Assembly: GCA_009692515.1 (NCBI GenBank)
Contig: SHZA01000001.1
Span: 9,824 to 73,823 of the forward strand
Source: Bdellovibrionales bacterium
GTDB taxonomy: Bacteria > Bdellovibrionota > FAC87 > UBA2466
Direction of reading: 5' to 3'
DNA length: 64,000 nucleotides
This document shows positions 1 through 9,737 of the stretch, piece by piece; the stretch's first letter is position 1, and the number at the start of each line of letters is the position of its first letter. The position numbers and the translations under genes are program-made. The notes under the pieces were generated by a model. That model worked only from the letters and a program-made list of their open reading frames with translations. It was not told the DNA's origin and ran no database searches.

Positions 1-530
1 TGAAAAGATTACCACCTAAATTTTTAAATCAAAAAGGACAATCTGCGATTGAGTTTATTACTGTGGTGGTAGTGGTATTTTTTTTCCTTCTCTTTTATTT
101 AAGTTTTTCAATTACTTTAGTCGCTAGTGAATACGTTGACTATGCTACTTTTATGGCAGCACGAACCTACAAATCGGGAAATATCGACCTTGAAAGCCAA
201 AAATTCGCAGCGCAAAGAGTTTTTACTTCCTATATGAATCCCCTCCAATCAATCATACGAAATCCTAAACTTACTTTCCCTTCAGGATCTGGTAACCAAA
301 CCGAAGGAGTTAAAGGCGATTACGAAGTGGACCTGTTTTATCTACCACCGCTTTTCATAAAAGCAGGAGAAATGCCAATCAGTGGATTGGCATTATCCTC
401 AGAAACTAAATTAGGCAGAGATCCTTCTCTAGACGAGTGCTTGGATTTTTTCGTAAATTTTGGAAACAAATTTAATTTGGGAATCGGTCAAACCTTTAAT
501 ACTAATTTAATGGATGATAACGGATGCTAA
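1..530 (+). CDS. TadE-like minor pilin/pseudopilin (start at or beyond the window edge)
   Basis: The frame is open upstream of 63 and reads KRLPPKFLNQKGQSAIEFITVVVVFF, a G|QxxxEF prepilin motif plus hydrophobic helix; Tad locus context. Confidence 0.8.
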   Translation, partial: KRLPPKFLNQKGQSAIEFITVVVVVFFFLLFYLSFSITLVASEYVDYATFMAARTYKSGNIDLESQKFAAQRVFTSYMNPLQSIIRNPKLTFPSGSGNQTEGVKGDYEVDLFYLPPLFIKAGEMPISGLALSSETKLGRDPSLDECLDFFVNFGNKFNLGIGQTFNTNLMDDNGC

Positions 531-871
531 TCTTTAAAAATATAAAGGCCACAAAGGGCCAGGCCACAGTAGAAATGGCTATCTCTATGCCATTTTTAAT
601 TTGGCTTATTTATTATACTCTCAATGCATTCTATTCGATACACTCCTCTCATATTGCTCAAAAATATGCTGCAATGAGTATGTATCAAAGACTTAATAAT
701 CGTTCTAAATTCATTGTAGATGATATTGAAAAAAAAATTGTTTCCCGAAGTTTTATTGCAGTTCAATATTTAGATCCACAAACCAATGCGGCTCCGCAAA
801 GAAAAATCATTGCCGGGCCCAACCCAGTCAACAATACCGTCGGCATTTGCCGAGAACCAGGGTGCAACTAA
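524..871 (+). CDS. TadE-like minor pilin
   Basis: KGQATVEMAISMPFLIWLI prepilin motif. Confidence 0.8.
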   Translation: MLIFKNIKATKGQATVEMAISMPFLIWLIYYTLNAFYSIHSSHIAQKYAAMSMYQRLNNRSKFIVDDIEKKIVSRSFIAVQYLDPQTNAAPQRKIIAGPNPVNNTVGICREPGCN

Positions 872-872
872 T

Positions 873-1832
873 ATGGAAAAAAAACGAGCCATTTTACTTT
901 CCTTTATTTTTTTAGGAGTTAGCATTGCCCTGATCACGGGCTATACAGACACCTTACGCCATCAACTCACAAAAGATTTTGGCGCTGAAATAGGCGTGGT
1001 TGTAGCAAAAGAATCAATTTCAGAATATGCAATTATTCAACCAGACATGCTAGAGGTAGTTCCTGTTTTTAAAAATTTTATTCAGGCCCAAACGAGTACG
1101 GTAGCGATTGGAGACTCTGTGGCTGAAAAGAAAGCCATCAATGAAATCGCAGGAAAAGCGACCTACGTCCCCATTTATCAAGGAGAACAAATCACATTTA
1201 CAAAGTTAGTTAATCAAGATGGAAAACCTGTTCTGGACAGACAGATAGAAAAACAAATGAGAGCCGTAACTGTAAGTGTTAATGCGGCTTCCGGAGTCGG
1301 AAGACTTATTCGTCCAGGCAATCGTGTTGATGTTTTATTTGCAGTTCGTTATGAAAAAAATGGAACTGAACAATATGAGGTCAAAACAGTTTTCCAAAAC
1401 ATCTTAGTATTAGCCACTGGAAAAAACATGCAAAATTCTATTCCCACAAAGGTCACTCGCGATGTGCTTTCTGCCATTGAGGCAAAATTTGAGGAACAAA
1501 AAAGAAAGGATCTCTATACCTCGAATGTGGATACGGGAACCTCGAGGCCCGATGATAACTATAGCAATATGACACTTCATCTTTCGCCAGAACAGGCTGA
1601 ACAACTCATTCTATTACAAAATGCCAAGGACATCGGTGAGGTAAAAATATTTTATACACTCAGAAATACGGCAGACGATAAAGTGGTGGCCAACTTAGAA
1701 ACAACTATTTTAGACCAAGTTTTAGGGCCTGATAGTGAAGTGGGTCGTAGTAAAATTAAATACCCCGCTTCACCACCATCTCAACCTCGTTACTTTGATC
1801 AGATGGGTGAAAAAAAGCTTCCTATCTACTAA
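873..1832 (+). CDS. cpaB: Flp pilus assembly protein CpaB/RcpC
   Basis: N-terminal TM helix, SAF-like VVVAKE..I segment, MRAVTV...GVGRLIRPGNRVDV, NILVLATG; ATG at 873 directly after the upstream stop. Confidence 0.88.
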   Translation: MEKKRAILLSFIFLGVSIALITGYTDTLRHQLTKDFGAEIGVVVAKESISEYAIIQPDMLEVVPVFKNFIQAQTSTVAIGDSVAEKKAINEIAGKATYVPIYQGEQITFTKLVNQDGKPVLDRQIEKQMRAVTVSVNAASGVGRLIRPGNRVDVLFAVRYEKNGTEQYEVKTVFQNILVLATGKNMQNSIPTKVTRDVLSAIEAKFEEQKRKDLYTSNVDTGTSRPDDNYSNMTLHLSPEQAEQLILLQNAKDIGEVKIFYTLRNTADDKVVANLETTILDQVLGPDSEVGRSKIKYPASPPSQPRYFDQMGEKKLPIY

Positions 1833-1846
1833 GGAGACAAGAGACT

Positions 1847-2800
1847 ATGCAAGATAAACGGGCTTTTTTAATATCGATTACCTTCTCGGCTATTGCTATG
1901 TATTTAGTGTACCAATACATTTCAGGTGAAGAGAGTCGTTTAACCAAAATGTATAAAAATTCTGTGCTCGTCGTAAAGGCCAAAAAAGACATTCTGCAAT
2001 ATGCCTCGATTCGTCCCACAGACATTGAAACCATTTCTGTTCCCATGGCACTCGCTCCCATCGGTGCTATTGAATTAAAGGAGGATGCTTTCAGTGCAGT
2101 GGCATCGGTTCCCATCAGCAAAGGGGAATTTATTTTGGATAATAAACTCATTTCCAAAAATATTTACTCCGGATTAGAATCACAAATTTCGAGAGAAAAA
2201 AGGGCCATTAGTATTGCCGTTAACGTAAAAAGTGCGGTGGGTTATCTATTGCGTCCTGGAAACCGAGTTGATCTTGTAACCTACTTTGAATACCTTCTTC
2301 CAAAAAATGGAAGTAACGGGCTCAGGCTTGCGGCCGAGAGCAATATTTTTCTTCAAGATCTTTTAGTTTTAGCCTCTGGACGAACCCTACAAAGCGAACC
2401 TCCGAAAGCGGTTGATCAAGGCATAATTCGAAGCCTAATGAATTTAAAGGATGAATCCCTAGCAAAACAATCTCAAGCAGAACTAAGAGAGGCCTTAAAT
2501 TATGCAAAGGAGGATAAAAACTATCTGACGGTCACACTAGAGGTCACCCCTCAACAAGCACAAACGATTGCTTATGTGTTAAGTGTTGACCCCTATCGAG
2601 AGGCGCTATCTTTACTACTGCGTCACTCAGACGATAGACAACTTGAAAAAAGAGAGCCGGTAAACTTGGCTAAGGTCATGGGCCCCAATTCCTATATGAA
2701 TCGATCCCCTAAACTACCTGCGCCGGTAGCGTCACCTAGAGTTAAGTTTTTCGATTTTAAAGGTGAACTTGAAGTCCCAGTAACTACAGGAGGGCCTTAA
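1847..2800 (+). CDS. cpaB: Flp pilus assembly protein CpaB/RcpC (second paralog)
   Basis: KRAISI...AVGYLLRPGNRVDL, LLVLASG, VTLEVTPQQAQ; RBS AAGGAG. Confidence 0.88.
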   Translation: MQDKRAFLISITFSAIAMYLVYQYISGEESRLTKMYKNSVLVVKAKKDILQYASIRPTDIETISVPMALAPIGAIELKEDAFSAVASVPISKGEFILDNKLISKNIYSGLESQISREKRAISIAVNVKSAVGYLLRPGNRVDLVTYFEYLLPKNGSNGLRLAAESNIFLQDLLVLASGRTLQSEPPKAVDQGIIRSLMNLKDESLAKQSQAELREALNYAKEDKNYLTVTLEVTPQQAQTIAYVLSVDPYREALSLLLRHSDDRQLEKREPVNLAKVMGPNSYMNRSPKLPAPVASPRVKFFDFKGELEVPVTTGGP

Positions 2801-2802
2801 CT

Positions 2803-4413
2803 ATGCGGTTAGTATTTAAAACTCAAACCCTATTTTTGTTATTACTTTTAGGGACCTCTCTGCCTTTTCGATTTTTAATACCCTCAGCTATCGCTGCTGA
2901 AAATGAAGCTGACGACCTCGAGGAGCCAAAACCAATTAAAGGAAAAGATAAAACCCTAACCCTATCCGAGGGCACTTCACGACAATTAGAGTTTCCCTTC
3001 GATTTAGGGAGAGTTGATCTTGGGAATGATAGTCTTTTTCAGTATACGCGATTAAAAAAAGGGGACAAAGAAAGAATTATCCGCTTTGTTCCAAGAGCCT
3101 CTGGAACCACCACGATGACAATTTATGATTCAGAGGACGCTCCACGAATTACTTACACCGTAAGAGTAACCCGAGAAGATTTGGGACAGCTCATTTCACA
3201 ATTGGAAGAGCTCTTAGGTGATGTGGAAGGGCTAAAAATAAAAACGGTGGGTGGCACTGTGATGTTAGACGGCGAGATTCTCCTGCCCAAGGACATGATT
3301 AGAATTAATCGTGTGATTGATGCAATGAGAGAGAGAGATCCCAAAAAAACAACCACCCCTATTAGAAATTTAACCACCATTGGTAAAATCACTATGAATA
3401 TTTTGGCTGAGCGAATCGAGAGAGAGATCGGCTCACCGGAAATTACAGCTCGAGTGATTAATAATAATATTCTTCTAGAAGGAACCGCCGACAGCGAACC
3501 CGATGCAGATAGAGCATTTGAGATCTCTAAAACCTATCTACCCGACATTGTAAAACCCAAAACCAAAGGTGAAGCCTCCGAAGTGGTGAGTCGTGCACAG
3601 GGTGGTGATGCCGGTGGAAGTCCTATTATTATTGATTTAATGAGAGTCCGTCCTCGACAGGCATCTCCCCCAAAACAGGATATTAAAATTGCGATAAATT
3701 ACGTAGAGCTCACTAACGAATATCAAAAATCTTTTAATTTTCAATGGAAGCCACTGGCCTCAGATACAAGTTCTGCCACATTTGATACGAGTCTCGGGGA
3801 AATTAGTGCTAATTTAATTGCTACGATTACAGGGTTGCTGCCGAAACTAAGTTCAGATAAAACTCACCAACACGCTAGAGTACTGAAACAGCAAACTATC
3901 ATTGTAGAAGATGGTGCCGATAAAGAGGCTGTCGTTGATAGTTCCTTAGATATCTATACAAGAGTCATTGATGGTAGCGGCAATGCTCAGTTAAGTCCTA
4001 TTCAAGTTCAAAACTCATTAAAGGTAAGAGCGGCTACATTACCAGGCTCCGATTCTATTTCACTAGGCATTCAAGTTAATCTCACCTCCCTTGTAGGAAC
4101 AGAGGCTGGGCAACCGATCGTTGCCAGAAATTCACTACAAACTAAGGTTAATATAAAAAATGGCGACTCCGCCGCACTAGGGGGTTATGGAATTGATAAT
4201 GCTTTAGCAGGATACAATAGAGATCCTATTAGAAGCGTGAGTGCGGGAAACTCCCCTTCACAGTCCCCTTTATTTAATTTGAGTCGCAGTAAAGGTTTTC
4301 GACACGACAAGCAACAATATGTAATTTTTGTAACGCCTGAAGTTTTAAAAACCGCAAGTGCGGGCACAGATGATATCACTCGTAAATTTCGATTGAATGC
4401 AGGAGAGAGATAG
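2803..4413 (+). CDS. cpaC: Tad pilus secretin (CpaC/RcpA-like, with BON-like domains)
   Basis: Signal peptide; secretin C-terminal motifs TKVNIKNGDSAALGG and VIFVTPEVL; context. Confidence 0.8.
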   Translation: MRLVFKTQTLFLLLLLGTSLPFRFLIPSAIAAENEADDLEEPKPIKGKDKTLTLSEGTSRQLEFPFDLGRVDLGNDSLFQYTRLKKGDKERIIRFVPRASGTTTMTIYDSEDAPRITYTVRVTREDLGQLISQLEELLGDVEGLKIKTVGGTVMLDGEILLPKDMIRINRVIDAMRERDPKKTTTPIRNLTTIGKITMNILAERIEREIGSPEITARVINNNILLEGTADSEPDADRAFEISKTYLPDIVKPKTKGEASEVVSRAQGGDAGGSPIIIDLMRVRPRQASPPKQDIKIAINYVELTNEYQKSFNFQWKPLASDTSSATFDTSLGEISANLIATITGLLPKLSSDKTHQHARVLKQQTIIVEDGADKEAVVDSSLDIYTRVIDGSGNAQLSPIQVQNSLKVRAATLPGSDSISLGIQVNLTSLVGTEAGQPIVARNSLQTKVNIKNGDSAALGGYGIDNALAGYNRDPIRSVSAGNSPSQSPLFNLSRSKGFRHDKQQYVIFVTPEVLKTASAGTDDITRKFRLNAGER

Positions 4414-4424
4414 GAAATTTTTAT

Positions 4425-6593
4425 ATGGCTAATGGATTTATCATATCGATATTAGGTGGGAAAGGCGGCATCGGAAAATCAACCTTTGCAGTTAACTATG
4501 CCGTAGCCACAAGTATCGATAATAAATCAAAGGTTTTATTAATCGATCTCGATCCAAAAGCCTGTGGAGATATTGGAATGCTTTTGGGTATTAAACCCAA
4601 ACGAACCTTATTAGAACTAGGTTCTCACGAAGGAAAATTTGATCCTAACCTTCTGCAAAACTACGTTGTAGTTCATTCTTCTGGGATTCATTACTTGCCC
4701 AGTGTTCTTGAACCTGAACAAATGGGTTCTTTAGAGCCCTCACAGGTTACTCGAGCACTAAATCTTTTGAGCGGATTTTATAACTACATTATTATTGATT
4801 TGGGTTCTGATATTGATGCCCCCACAGTAAAGGCCTTAGAGGCATCTACTCTTATTTTCGTGTTAACTCTTCCAGAAATTTTGGTGCTTCATCACACACG
4901 TCGAATCATTGAAAAGATACAAAATTTATTGTTTCCACCTGAAATGATTAAGCTCATCGTTAATCGTTTTAGCCAAAGTAAAGGTATCACTCCACAGCTA
5001 ATTCAAAATAACTTAAAAAAACCGGTCTTAGCCGTCATTCCCGATGATGAACTGACGACCGTGAGCTGTATGACTAACGCACAGCCATTTATTACCGCTG
5101 CGCCAAGAACTGAAATTACAAAAAGCTATTTCTTCTTGATTAGAAATATACAACAGCAACAACTCTTAGAAAAACTTTTCCAATTAAAAAAACCCTCTGA
5201 CGCCTTATCACGTCTTGGACTTAACAAACCTAATCAGGCAGCGAAAGCAGGTGATAAAGCGCCTAGCATGATCATTTTTGATCGCGCTCAGATGAAAGAT
5301 GAAAAGCCCAGCGATCAATGGTCTGCGCTGAAACAGCGAATTCACAAACAATTAATCGATACGATGGATTTAAAAAAGGTAGATACTGAGACCGGAAATG
5401 ATCCAAAAAAGAAAGCTGTGTTGCGGGAAAAAACAAAGACCGTAGTAGTGGAACTTTTAGACAAAGAAGAGCATCCTTTTCGTTCTCGAGATGAAATTCA
5501 AAAACTTGTTAAAGAAATTTTAGATGAAGCATTGGAACTTGGACCTATTCAGGAACTACTGGCAGATGAATCGGTTAATGAGATCATGGTGAATCGCAAG
5601 GATCAAATCTATATTGAAAGAAAAGGGAAATTAATTCTTTCTAATACTAACTTTTCAGGGACCGCACAACTTTTAGCGGTTATCGAAAGAATTGTGACCT
5701 CAGTGGGCCGTCGAATCGACGAGAAACAACCCTATGTGGATGCCAGACTTCCTGATGGCTCGCGAGTTCATGCGATCATTCCGCCCTTATCAGTTCAAGG
5801 ACCCATGCTAACTATTAGAAAATTTTCTAAAAGCCGTCTCACCTATAAAGATTTAGTGAAGTATGGGTCCATGACCGAAGAGATGGCCGATTTTCTGCGC
5901 TCCTGCATCGAGGCACGATTAAATATGGTGATCTCTGGAGGTACCGGTTCTGGAAAAACAACCCTATTGAATATTCTAGGTGGATTTATTCCTTCTAGCG
6001 AAAGGATCATAACGGTAGAGGACTCAGCAGAGTTACAGTTGCCACAGGATCACTGGGGTCGGTTGGAAACTCGTCCCGCTAACATGGAGGGCAAGGGAGA
6101 GGTAAGCATTCGTGACCTCGTTAGAAATACATTAAGAATGAGGCCCGATCGGATTATTATTGGAGAGTGCCGGGCCGGAGAAGCCCTAGACATGTTACAG
6201 GCCATGAATACTGGTCATGATGGGAGTATGACTACCGTTCATTCCAACACTCCGAGAGATGCCGTTGCTCGTCTTGAAACACTTTGCATGATGGCCGGAA
6301 TGGATCTTCCTGCCAAAGCTATTCGAGAGCAAATTGCTTCGGCCGTTAATTTGATAGTTCAACAATCTCGATTGGCAGATGGTTCTAGAAAAGTGACTAG
6401 TATTACTGAAGTCATTGGTATGCAAGGGGACGTGGTTACTATGCAAGAGATCTTTACCTTTAAGCGAACAGGAATGGACAAAGATCGAAAAGTACTTGGT
6501 AAATTTGTAGCCACAGGATTTATCCCAAAGTTTATCGATGATTTAGAACAACAAGGGATAAAAATTCCCAGAGGAATTTTTTCAGTAGGTTAA
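4425..6593 (+). CDS. tadA: CpaE/MinD-like ATPase fused to TadA/CpaF pilus assembly ATPase
   Basis: N-terminal deviant Walker [11 protein letters not shown] and LIDLD; C-terminal [37 protein letters not shown]. Confidence 0.93.
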   Translation: MANGFIISILGGKGGIGKSTFAVNYAVATSIDNKSKVLLIDLDPKACGDIGMLLGIKPKRTLLELGSHEGKFDPNLLQNYVVVHSSGIHYLPSVLEPEQMGSLEPSQVTRALNLLSGFYNYIIIDLGSDIDAPTVKALEASTLIFVLTLPEILVLHHTRRIIEKIQNLLFPPEMIKLIVNRFSQSKGITPQLIQNNLKKPVLAVIPDDELTTVSCMTNAQPFITAAPRTEITKSYFFLIRNIQQQQLLEKLFQLKKPSDALSRLGLNKPNQAAKAGDKAPSMIIFDRAQMKDEKPSDQWSALKQRIHKQLIDTMDLKKVDTETGNDPKKKAVLREKTKTVVVELLDKEEHPFRSRDEIQKLVKEILDEALELGPIQELLADESVNEIMVNRKDQIYIERKGKLILSNTNFSGTAQLLAVIERIVTSVGRRIDEKQPYVDARLPDGSRVHAIIPPLSVQGPMLTIRKFSKSRLTYKDLVKYGSMTEEMADFLRSCIEARLNMVISGGTGSGKTTLLNILGGFIPSSERIITVEDSAELQLPQDHWGRLETRPANMEGKGEVSIRDLVRNTLRMRPDRIIIGECRAGEALDMLQAMNTGHDGSMTTVHSNTPRDAVARLETLCMMAGMDLPAKAIREQIASAVNLIVQQSRLADGSRKVTSITEVIGMQGDVVTMQEIFTFKRTGMDKDRKVLGKFVATGFIPKFIDDLEQQGIKIPRGIFSVG

Positions 6594-6595
6594 CT

Positions 6596-7471
6596 ATGGC
6601 AGCAACGTTACTTAAATTTTTATCTATCGGCTGGGTGGGCGGAGCTTTACTTATAGGTCTCTTACTAAATGGGGATCAGATCTATGGTTGGGTTGGATTT
6701 AAAGCAAAGTTGGAACAAGAGGAAATGGCCCGATTATTAGACCTCATGTTCGTCGCAATCACGCCAGAAAAGTTGGCTCTTTTTTATTTGTTATACCTTT
6801 TTGGAATCTTTGGTTTCGCGCTTTTAATTTTTGCGCCCTCTGTAGGTGCTGTGGTTTTTTTTGGCGGGCTTTTTGTTTTTCTATTCTGGACGTTACCAAG
6901 AAGAGTTATCTTCATCATGCATAAAAAAAGAATTACAAAGTTTGTAATTCAAATGGTGGATGGACTCTCCTTAATGTCAAATGGGTTACGCTCTGGATTA
7001 AATGTGCCACAAGCCCTACAGATTGTGACCGAGGAATTACCTAATCCTATTTCCCAGGAATTTGGGCTCGTCCTTTCTCAAAATAAATTAGGCGTTACCT
7101 TAGAAGATGCGATGTCAAATCTTTCGATAAGAATGCCAGCTGATGACATTGAGATGTTTACCACCAGTGTGAATATTTTAAAAGAAACCGGTGGTAACTT
7201 AGCTGAAACCTTTGATACGATCTCGGTCACCATTCGTGAAAGAATAAAGGTGGAGTCAAAGATATCGGCCATGGTGTCTCAGGGGGTCTTACAGGGAGTG
7301 ATAGTGGTTTTAATGCCCTTTGCGCTTGCTGCAATTCTCTATTCTGTCGATCCCGAAAGAATTGCGCCTATGTTTACAACGATTCCAGGCTGGGGCTTGC
7401 TTCTCATCATGATGAGTCTTCAGGTTGTAGGCGGATTTACGATTTGGAAGATTGTTCAGATTAAGGTGTAA
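6596..7471 (+). CDS. tadB: TadB (T2SS F-family) inner-membrane platform protein
   Basis: LRSGLNVPQAL, ETGGNLAETFD..SVTIRER motifs; TM helices. Confidence 0.9.
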   Translation: MAATLLKFLSIGWVGGALLIGLLLNGDQIYGWVGFKAKLEQEEMARLLDLMFVAITPEKLALFYLLYLFGIFGFALLIFAPSVGAVVFFGGLFVFLFWTLPRRVIFIMHKKRITKFVIQMVDGLSLMSNGLRSGLNVPQALQIVTEELPNPISQEFGLVLSQNKLGVTLEDAMSNLSIRMPADDIEMFTTSVNILKETGGNLAETFDTISVTIRERIKVESKISAMVSQGVLQGVIVVLMPFALAAILYSVDPERIAPMFTTIPGWGLLLIMMSLQVVGGFTIWKIVQIKV

Positions 7472-7581
7472 CCCCCTTTCCTATACAGAATAGAGGCACC
7501 GCATTAAACAACTCGATGCACCAACTATTTTTAGTGCGGATTCAGCGCTCTGAAACACCATTAAAGAGTATAATAAAAAGG

Positions 7582-9327
7582 ATGAAAAACACCTTTATCA
7601 AATACACCAGGGCCGCCTTTGTTTTTCTTTTATTACTTGAAGCGACCTCGCAAGCTGTCGTTGTAAATCGAGTTAATGGAGGTATGAACGCCATTTACAT
7701 CGACTTTAGTATTCAAGGAATGATCATTCCACTTGAAGTGGTGAGAACCTATAATTCTATAACTGCAATTAATGAGGTGACAGGCTGGCCAGGGTCTTTT
7801 GGTTGGGGCTGGACCTCCCCCTTTGAAAGTACCCTTATTACCACTGCCGAACGCAACGTAATTTTACGAGATGGAGGAACTGGAAATACCATTTACTTCA
7901 AACCAGAAAAAGAGGACCCCAAAGTTAGAGAGCAGTTTTTAGAATCTGTAAAACGAGCCTATTTCGAAATTAAAACTGGAAAAGTCATGACCGATGCAGA
8001 ATTAAAACCGGTTCAACTCCCTGAAAAAATGCTAAAACAATTACAGACAAGTGACCAGTTTCGAGCAGAAATAGCTTCGAAATATGCTATCAAACTTGCC
8101 CTCCCTAAGACCGGCAATTTAATCTCCAATGAATATGGTTTACAAACCCTTGCCTATAAAAATAGTGAATGGATAAGACAAAAAGAGGGACTTACTCAAA
8201 TATTTGATAAAGACGGCCGACTCGTTAAGCAGATCGATAAAAATAATTTTACCTTTAATTTTATCTACTCTAAAAATCAAAAATTTCATCTTGCAGAGGT
8301 TCATGATCAAGATAAGACGGCAAGTATTAAATTTACGTGGAGACAAGATAGAATCATAGAAATTATAGATAATAAGAATCACAAAGCTAAATACACTTAT
8401 GATTCGACGGGAAACCTAATTAACGTCACCGATTCTAATGGACAGGTGTTTAGCTACCAATATAACAATAAAAAGTTCCCTCACCTTTTAAGTACCATTA
8501 ACTATATTAGTGAATCTTCGCCCAACAATAAAGTAACTAGAGAGTTTCAGTATAATGATAGTGGACTCGTTATTTATCACAAAGAAAAAGAGGGTTTAGA
8601 AATCACCTACGCCTACGGTAGAAATGCCAACGATCCCGAAAACAACTTCAACACCAAGGTGACCCAACGAGGAAAAACGGGCACTGTTGAAGAGCTGGAT
8701 GATTTTTTTATTAAGAGCCGGCAAGATGGGTCAAAATATCTTTATAAACAGGAGACTAAAAGCTCAACGGGAAATACCGTCACCACTTTCACTCCTTGTT
8801 GTGGAAAACCCTTACAAATAGTACAAAACGGTGAGACTACCAATTTCAAATATAATAAGGAAGGCCTACTCACCGAGCGAGTAGGAAAAAAAGATGACCT
8901 TCGTTTAGAATATGATTCCAAGTGGAATAAGGTTTCTAAGGTATTTGAAAATGGTCTGATATCCTCTTTTGGATATGATGCTAGAGGTAATTTAAACACC
9001 GCCAGTAACAGTCGAAAAGAAAAGGTGTTTTTAAATTATGACCGTTCAGGAAAAATCACAGAAATATTAGATGGGGAGACTACTTCAATTAGTTTTAAAT
9101 ATGGTTCCTTGGGAAAACCGATAGTCATATCTCAAAAAGGGGTAGGCACTGTAAAAATACAATATGATTCTGAAGGAAGAATTTTAAAAACAGAAATCTC
9201 AGGACCAGAATCTTCTAATCGAAAACCCACACAAAATAACTCCCATGAGATTTCAAAAAAAGTAATGAAAAACTTCCAAAACTTGCTTAATATTATTCGG
9301 CCTGCGGGGCTCAACTTGAATAGGTAA
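7582..9327 (+). CDS. Exported YD/RHS-repeat protein without a C-terminal toxin domain
   Basis: Signal peptide from ATG 7582; RTYNS...FGWGWTSPFE (RHS N-terminal, DUF6531-like); many YD repeats (YTYDSTGNL, YDARGNL, YDRSGKI, YDSEGRI). Confidence 0.85.
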   Translation: MKNTFIKYTRAAFVFLLLLEATSQAVVVNRVNGGMNAIYIDFSIQGMIIPLEVVRTYNSITAINEVTGWPGSFGWGWTSPFESTLITTAERNVILRDGGTGNTIYFKPEKEDPKVREQFLESVKRAYFEIKTGKVMTDAELKPVQLPEKMLKQLQTSDQFRAEIASKYAIKLALPKTGNLISNEYGLQTLAYKNSEWIRQKEGLTQIFDKDGRLVKQIDKNNFTFNFIYSKNQKFHLAEVHDQDKTASIKFTWRQDRIIEIIDNKNHKAKYTYDSTGNLINVTDSNGQVFSYQYNNKKFPHLLSTINYISESSPNNKVTREFQYNDSGLVIYHKEKEGLEITYAYGRNANDPENNFNTKVTQRGKTGTVEELDDFFIKSRQDGSKYLYKQETKSSTGNTVTTFTPCCGKPLQIVQNGETTNFKYNKEGLLTERVGKKDDLRLEYDSKWNKVSKVFENGLISSFGYDARGNLNTASNSRKEKVFLNYDRSGKITEILDGETTSISFKYGSLGKPIVISQKGVGTVKIQYDSEGRILKTEISGPESSNRKPTQNNSHEISKKVMKNFQNLLNIIRPAGLNLNR

Positions 9328-9331
9328 TCTT

Positions 9332-9646
9332 ATGAAAAAACCGGATTTAACTGAAATTCTTAAAAAGGCTAAAGAGTTAAAGGCTAAGGCTAGTCAACTT
9401 ACTGAAGGGGCCGGTAAAGCGGCCTCAATAATGAAAGAGGCTGTGTCTGTAGGCGTTTCTAGCTCCAAAATAGTGGTAAATAAGGCCAAAGATATTCTTA
9501 CCGCCGAGCGAATTTCCCAGGGTTTAGAGGTGACTTCAAAAGGAATCGACATGGCTGCTAAGGGTGCGAAATCAATAGCAAATACTATTGATAAGGCCTC
9601 CAAAGAGGTCAAAAAATTAGGTAAAAAAATCAAACACACCCCTTAA
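9332..9646 (+). CDS. Small Lys/Ala-rich, probably amphipathic-helical hypothetical protein
   Basis: 104-aa ORF starting 4 nt after the RHS gene stop. Confidence 0.65.
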   Translation: MKKPDLTEILKKAKELKAKASQLTEGAGKAASIMKEAVSVGVSSSKIVVNKAKDILTAERISQGLEVTSKGIDMAAKGAKSIANTIDKASKEVKKLGKKIKHTP

Positions 9647-9737
9647 GAATTACTTTTTTTAATATTGAAAAACTGCACTGTCATAATGACAACTATAGCT
9701 CCTTTAAGCTATGACCTTGGCCTAAAATAATAATGAT

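Noticed and set aside
7582..9327. RHS polymorphic toxin with downstream immunity gene
   Set aside because: No PxxxxDPxG motif or toxin C-terminal domain, and no T6SS/PAAR context.
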